Notes under the pieces: generated by a model
What the model saw: only the letters and a program-made list of their open reading frames with translations
Database searches by the model: none
What the model was told of the DNA's origin: nothing
Program-made: the position numbers and the translations under genes
In this document: positions 61,982 to 64,000 of the stretch, piece after piece
Layout of the letters: each line of letters begins with the position of its first letter
How positions within the stretch are numbered: the first letter of the stretch is position 1
From: Felis catus
Taxonomy: Eukaryota
NCBI RefSeq assembly: GCF_018350175.1
Contig: NC_058368.1
Span: 209,500,001 to 209,564,000 of the forward strand
Direction: 5' to 3'
DNA length: 64,000 nt

Positions 61982-62927
61982 TGCATATATTTGCTTATCT
62001 TCCTGTATTAAAACACCCACTACCACACTAAGTAAAAGGGATGATTATAGGCACTCATGTCCTATTCCTGACTTCAAGGAGAATGTTTCTCATTTTTCAC
62101 CCCTAGGTGGAAAGATCAGGATAAGGTTGTACTGGTCTATTCCTATTCAGTGAAAAGCTTTTAAATCATGAACAAAAGCTAAAAATTTTTAATGTTCTTT
62201 AGGTACCTATTATGAGGCACACAGCATCCCCAACCTCTTAAATTTGTGTTAACTGTCTAATAATTATCCATGTATTCCCGATAATATATCCAATTTTATC
62301 ATATAGGCTACCAACACTGCTTATTTGGTTTGGTAATATTTATTTAAAAATTTTAGGTGATAATTGGTCTATAATTTTCCTTTTTCACAGTTTCTTCACT
62401 ACACCTGATTCTGGTATTCAGATTATCTAACTCTATAGAATGAAGTAGGAGAGTGTTGACATTTTTCTTCTGTCTGGAATGTTTGAAGATTAGAACACCT
62501 CCTTTGAATGCTTGGTAGAACTTGTAGATAAAACTGTCTGATTATGTTTTATCTCCTCTGCTTCTCTTAAGGGAGAGAGAATTTGAACTACTAAAGGATG
62601 TATGTGCGCTTAAAATTATGATAGATACTGTCAAAATGTTCTCTAAAAAGACTGTCCAATTTATATCCCAATGAAGAATGTAGGAAGTTCAAATTTCCCG
62701 GCACGTTTGTTGATACTAGGTATAACTAAAAAATGTTTACTAATCTGGTTAATATATTTCATCGTAATTTTGATTCATATCTCTTTAATGTCAGCCAGGT
62801 TGACCATATTTTAATATAGGCATAAATCTTTCTGGTGTCCAATTTGTTTTCTTTTTCAGTATGTCTGTTTCTTCTTAATTCTATTTTTGTCTTCTTCGTA
62901 TCAATCTGTATAAAATCTTGGTATATA

Positions 62928-63160
62928 TATTTTTTTTAATTTAAAAAAAAAAATTTTTTTTTCCAACATTTATTTTTGGGACAGAGAGACACAGAGCATG
63001 AACAGGGGAGGGGCAAAGAGAGGGAGACACAGAATCGGAAACAGGCTCCAGGCTCTGAGCCATCAGCCCAGAGCCCGACGCGGGGCTCGAACTCACGGAC
63101 CGCGAGATCGTGACCTGGCTGAAGTCGGACGCTTAACCGACTGCGCCACCCAGGCGCCCC
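62928..63160 (-). mobile_element. Young SINEC_Fc-type CanSINE
   Basis: TSD aaatcttggtatat at ~62914 and 63161. Confidence 0.96.
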
Positions 63161-63323
63161 AAATCTTGGTATATTAAAACTTAATACTTTGTGTTCGTAA
63201 TAAATTTTGAAAATATAATTTCCCCATATTTACTTGTCCTTATTTATATTCAAATATTTATATTAAAATTATAATACAAAATATATACTATACAAAAAAT
63301 TATATTAATCTGTTTCTTCATTT

Positions 63324-63387
63324 CTGTCCTTAATTTTTTAAGAAGTGAATTACTAATTCACTGTCCTTAATTTTTTTAGAAGTGAAT
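63324..63387. repeat. 27-bp direct repeat with a 10-bp spacer
   Basis: ctgtccttaatttttt(a/t)agaagtgaat at 63324 and 63361. Confidence 0.9.
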
Positions 63388-64000
63388 AATTATATTTGGT
63401 GTTTATATAAATATCTTTCCTAGCAACTGTATTTAATGGCAAAGAATTATTCCTGTTGATGAAGGGGTTCATTGTGCTCATCCTTCAGCTTCTCTGTATG
63501 GCTAAAATTTTTATAACATAAGGTTGAAAAAAAATGTTTCAAATGTTACCTTCCACATATTCTAAATTCCCATATATATTTGCCTAATTTCTGGATTCTG
63601 TGTTGTCCCATCTACCTATCCGTTTGTTTCTTACCACTCTACATGTTCTAATTAACCTTAATATCTAGGTAGGGCTAATCCTGGAGTAACATTTCTAGTT
63701 GCTCAAATATCTGAGAATTTCCAAGAAATGACTCATTACCGAATAGGAAGATGCCCAAATCATATTTCTCTTTTGATTTTGTGATTTCAACTTTTCTTCT
63801 GAAAAAGCTGGATTTATCTTGTTTAAAAAACAACAGTAAACAGAGTAAAAATTTACATTCTTTCCTACACATACAAATGTGTATATGGATATTTCCATAA
63901 GAAACCAATGCATCCTTTTAACATTTCCCTTTCATTAGTTAAAATGTTCTTCATATCTTTGTGTGCCAGAGTATACTAATATTTTACAATTATCAAGAAC

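Larger units (their letters stand above)
60000..63665 (-). mobile_element. Several heavily decayed old L1M fragments (boundaries approximate)
   Basis: Antisense L1 motifs: tagaagtgaaattgctgga, cttccatatgaatttt, tttccatccatgaagatgg, gatcttgtatctagtaac, tctatagaatgaagtagga. Confidence 0.7.

Noticed and set aside
1220..63160. tRNA-like A/B boxes
   Set aside because: Heads of tRNA-derived CanSINEs, not tRNA genes
1..64000. CRISPR arrays, operons or prokaryotic-type systems; CpG-island promoter; snoRNA/miRNA genes
   Set aside because: Eukaryotic gene interior; no spacer-repeat arrays, CpG enrichment only in young SINEs, and no RNA gene I can recognise without Rfam/Infernal

Overview
Mammalian genomic DNA, AT-rich, almost certainly from a cat-family (felid) genome given the dense CanSINE/SINEC_Fc-type elements. 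The whole window lies inside NIPBL (cohesin loader, Scc2 homologue) on the minus strand. I resolved 25 consecutive GT-AG coding exons (human numbering 7-31, 59919 down to 1036, 5201 nt) that splice into one uninterrupted frame; the gene starts beyond 64000 and continues below position 1. Introns hold about 30 CanSINEs, L1 fragments, three Tigger2a-like elements, and MER/MIR/L2/LTR relics. Nearly all short ORFs in the track are repeat- or antisense-derived noise. No new gene system is evident. The best lead is a candidate cryptic exon in intron 9 (51010-51125). It would be a poison exon in linear mRNA, but it carries an ATG in frame with giant exon 10, so a back-spliced circle would encode a one-lap 576-aa ORF. 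Other leads: a ~100-bp inverted duplication wrapped around a Tigger2a-like element, a 15-kb SINE-free zone around exons 9-10, repeated SINE insertion at the same target sites, an extra Ala codon in exon 8, and a non-consensus putative branch point before exon 28. Exon numbering, comparisons with human and repeat family names come from recall, not from a search.
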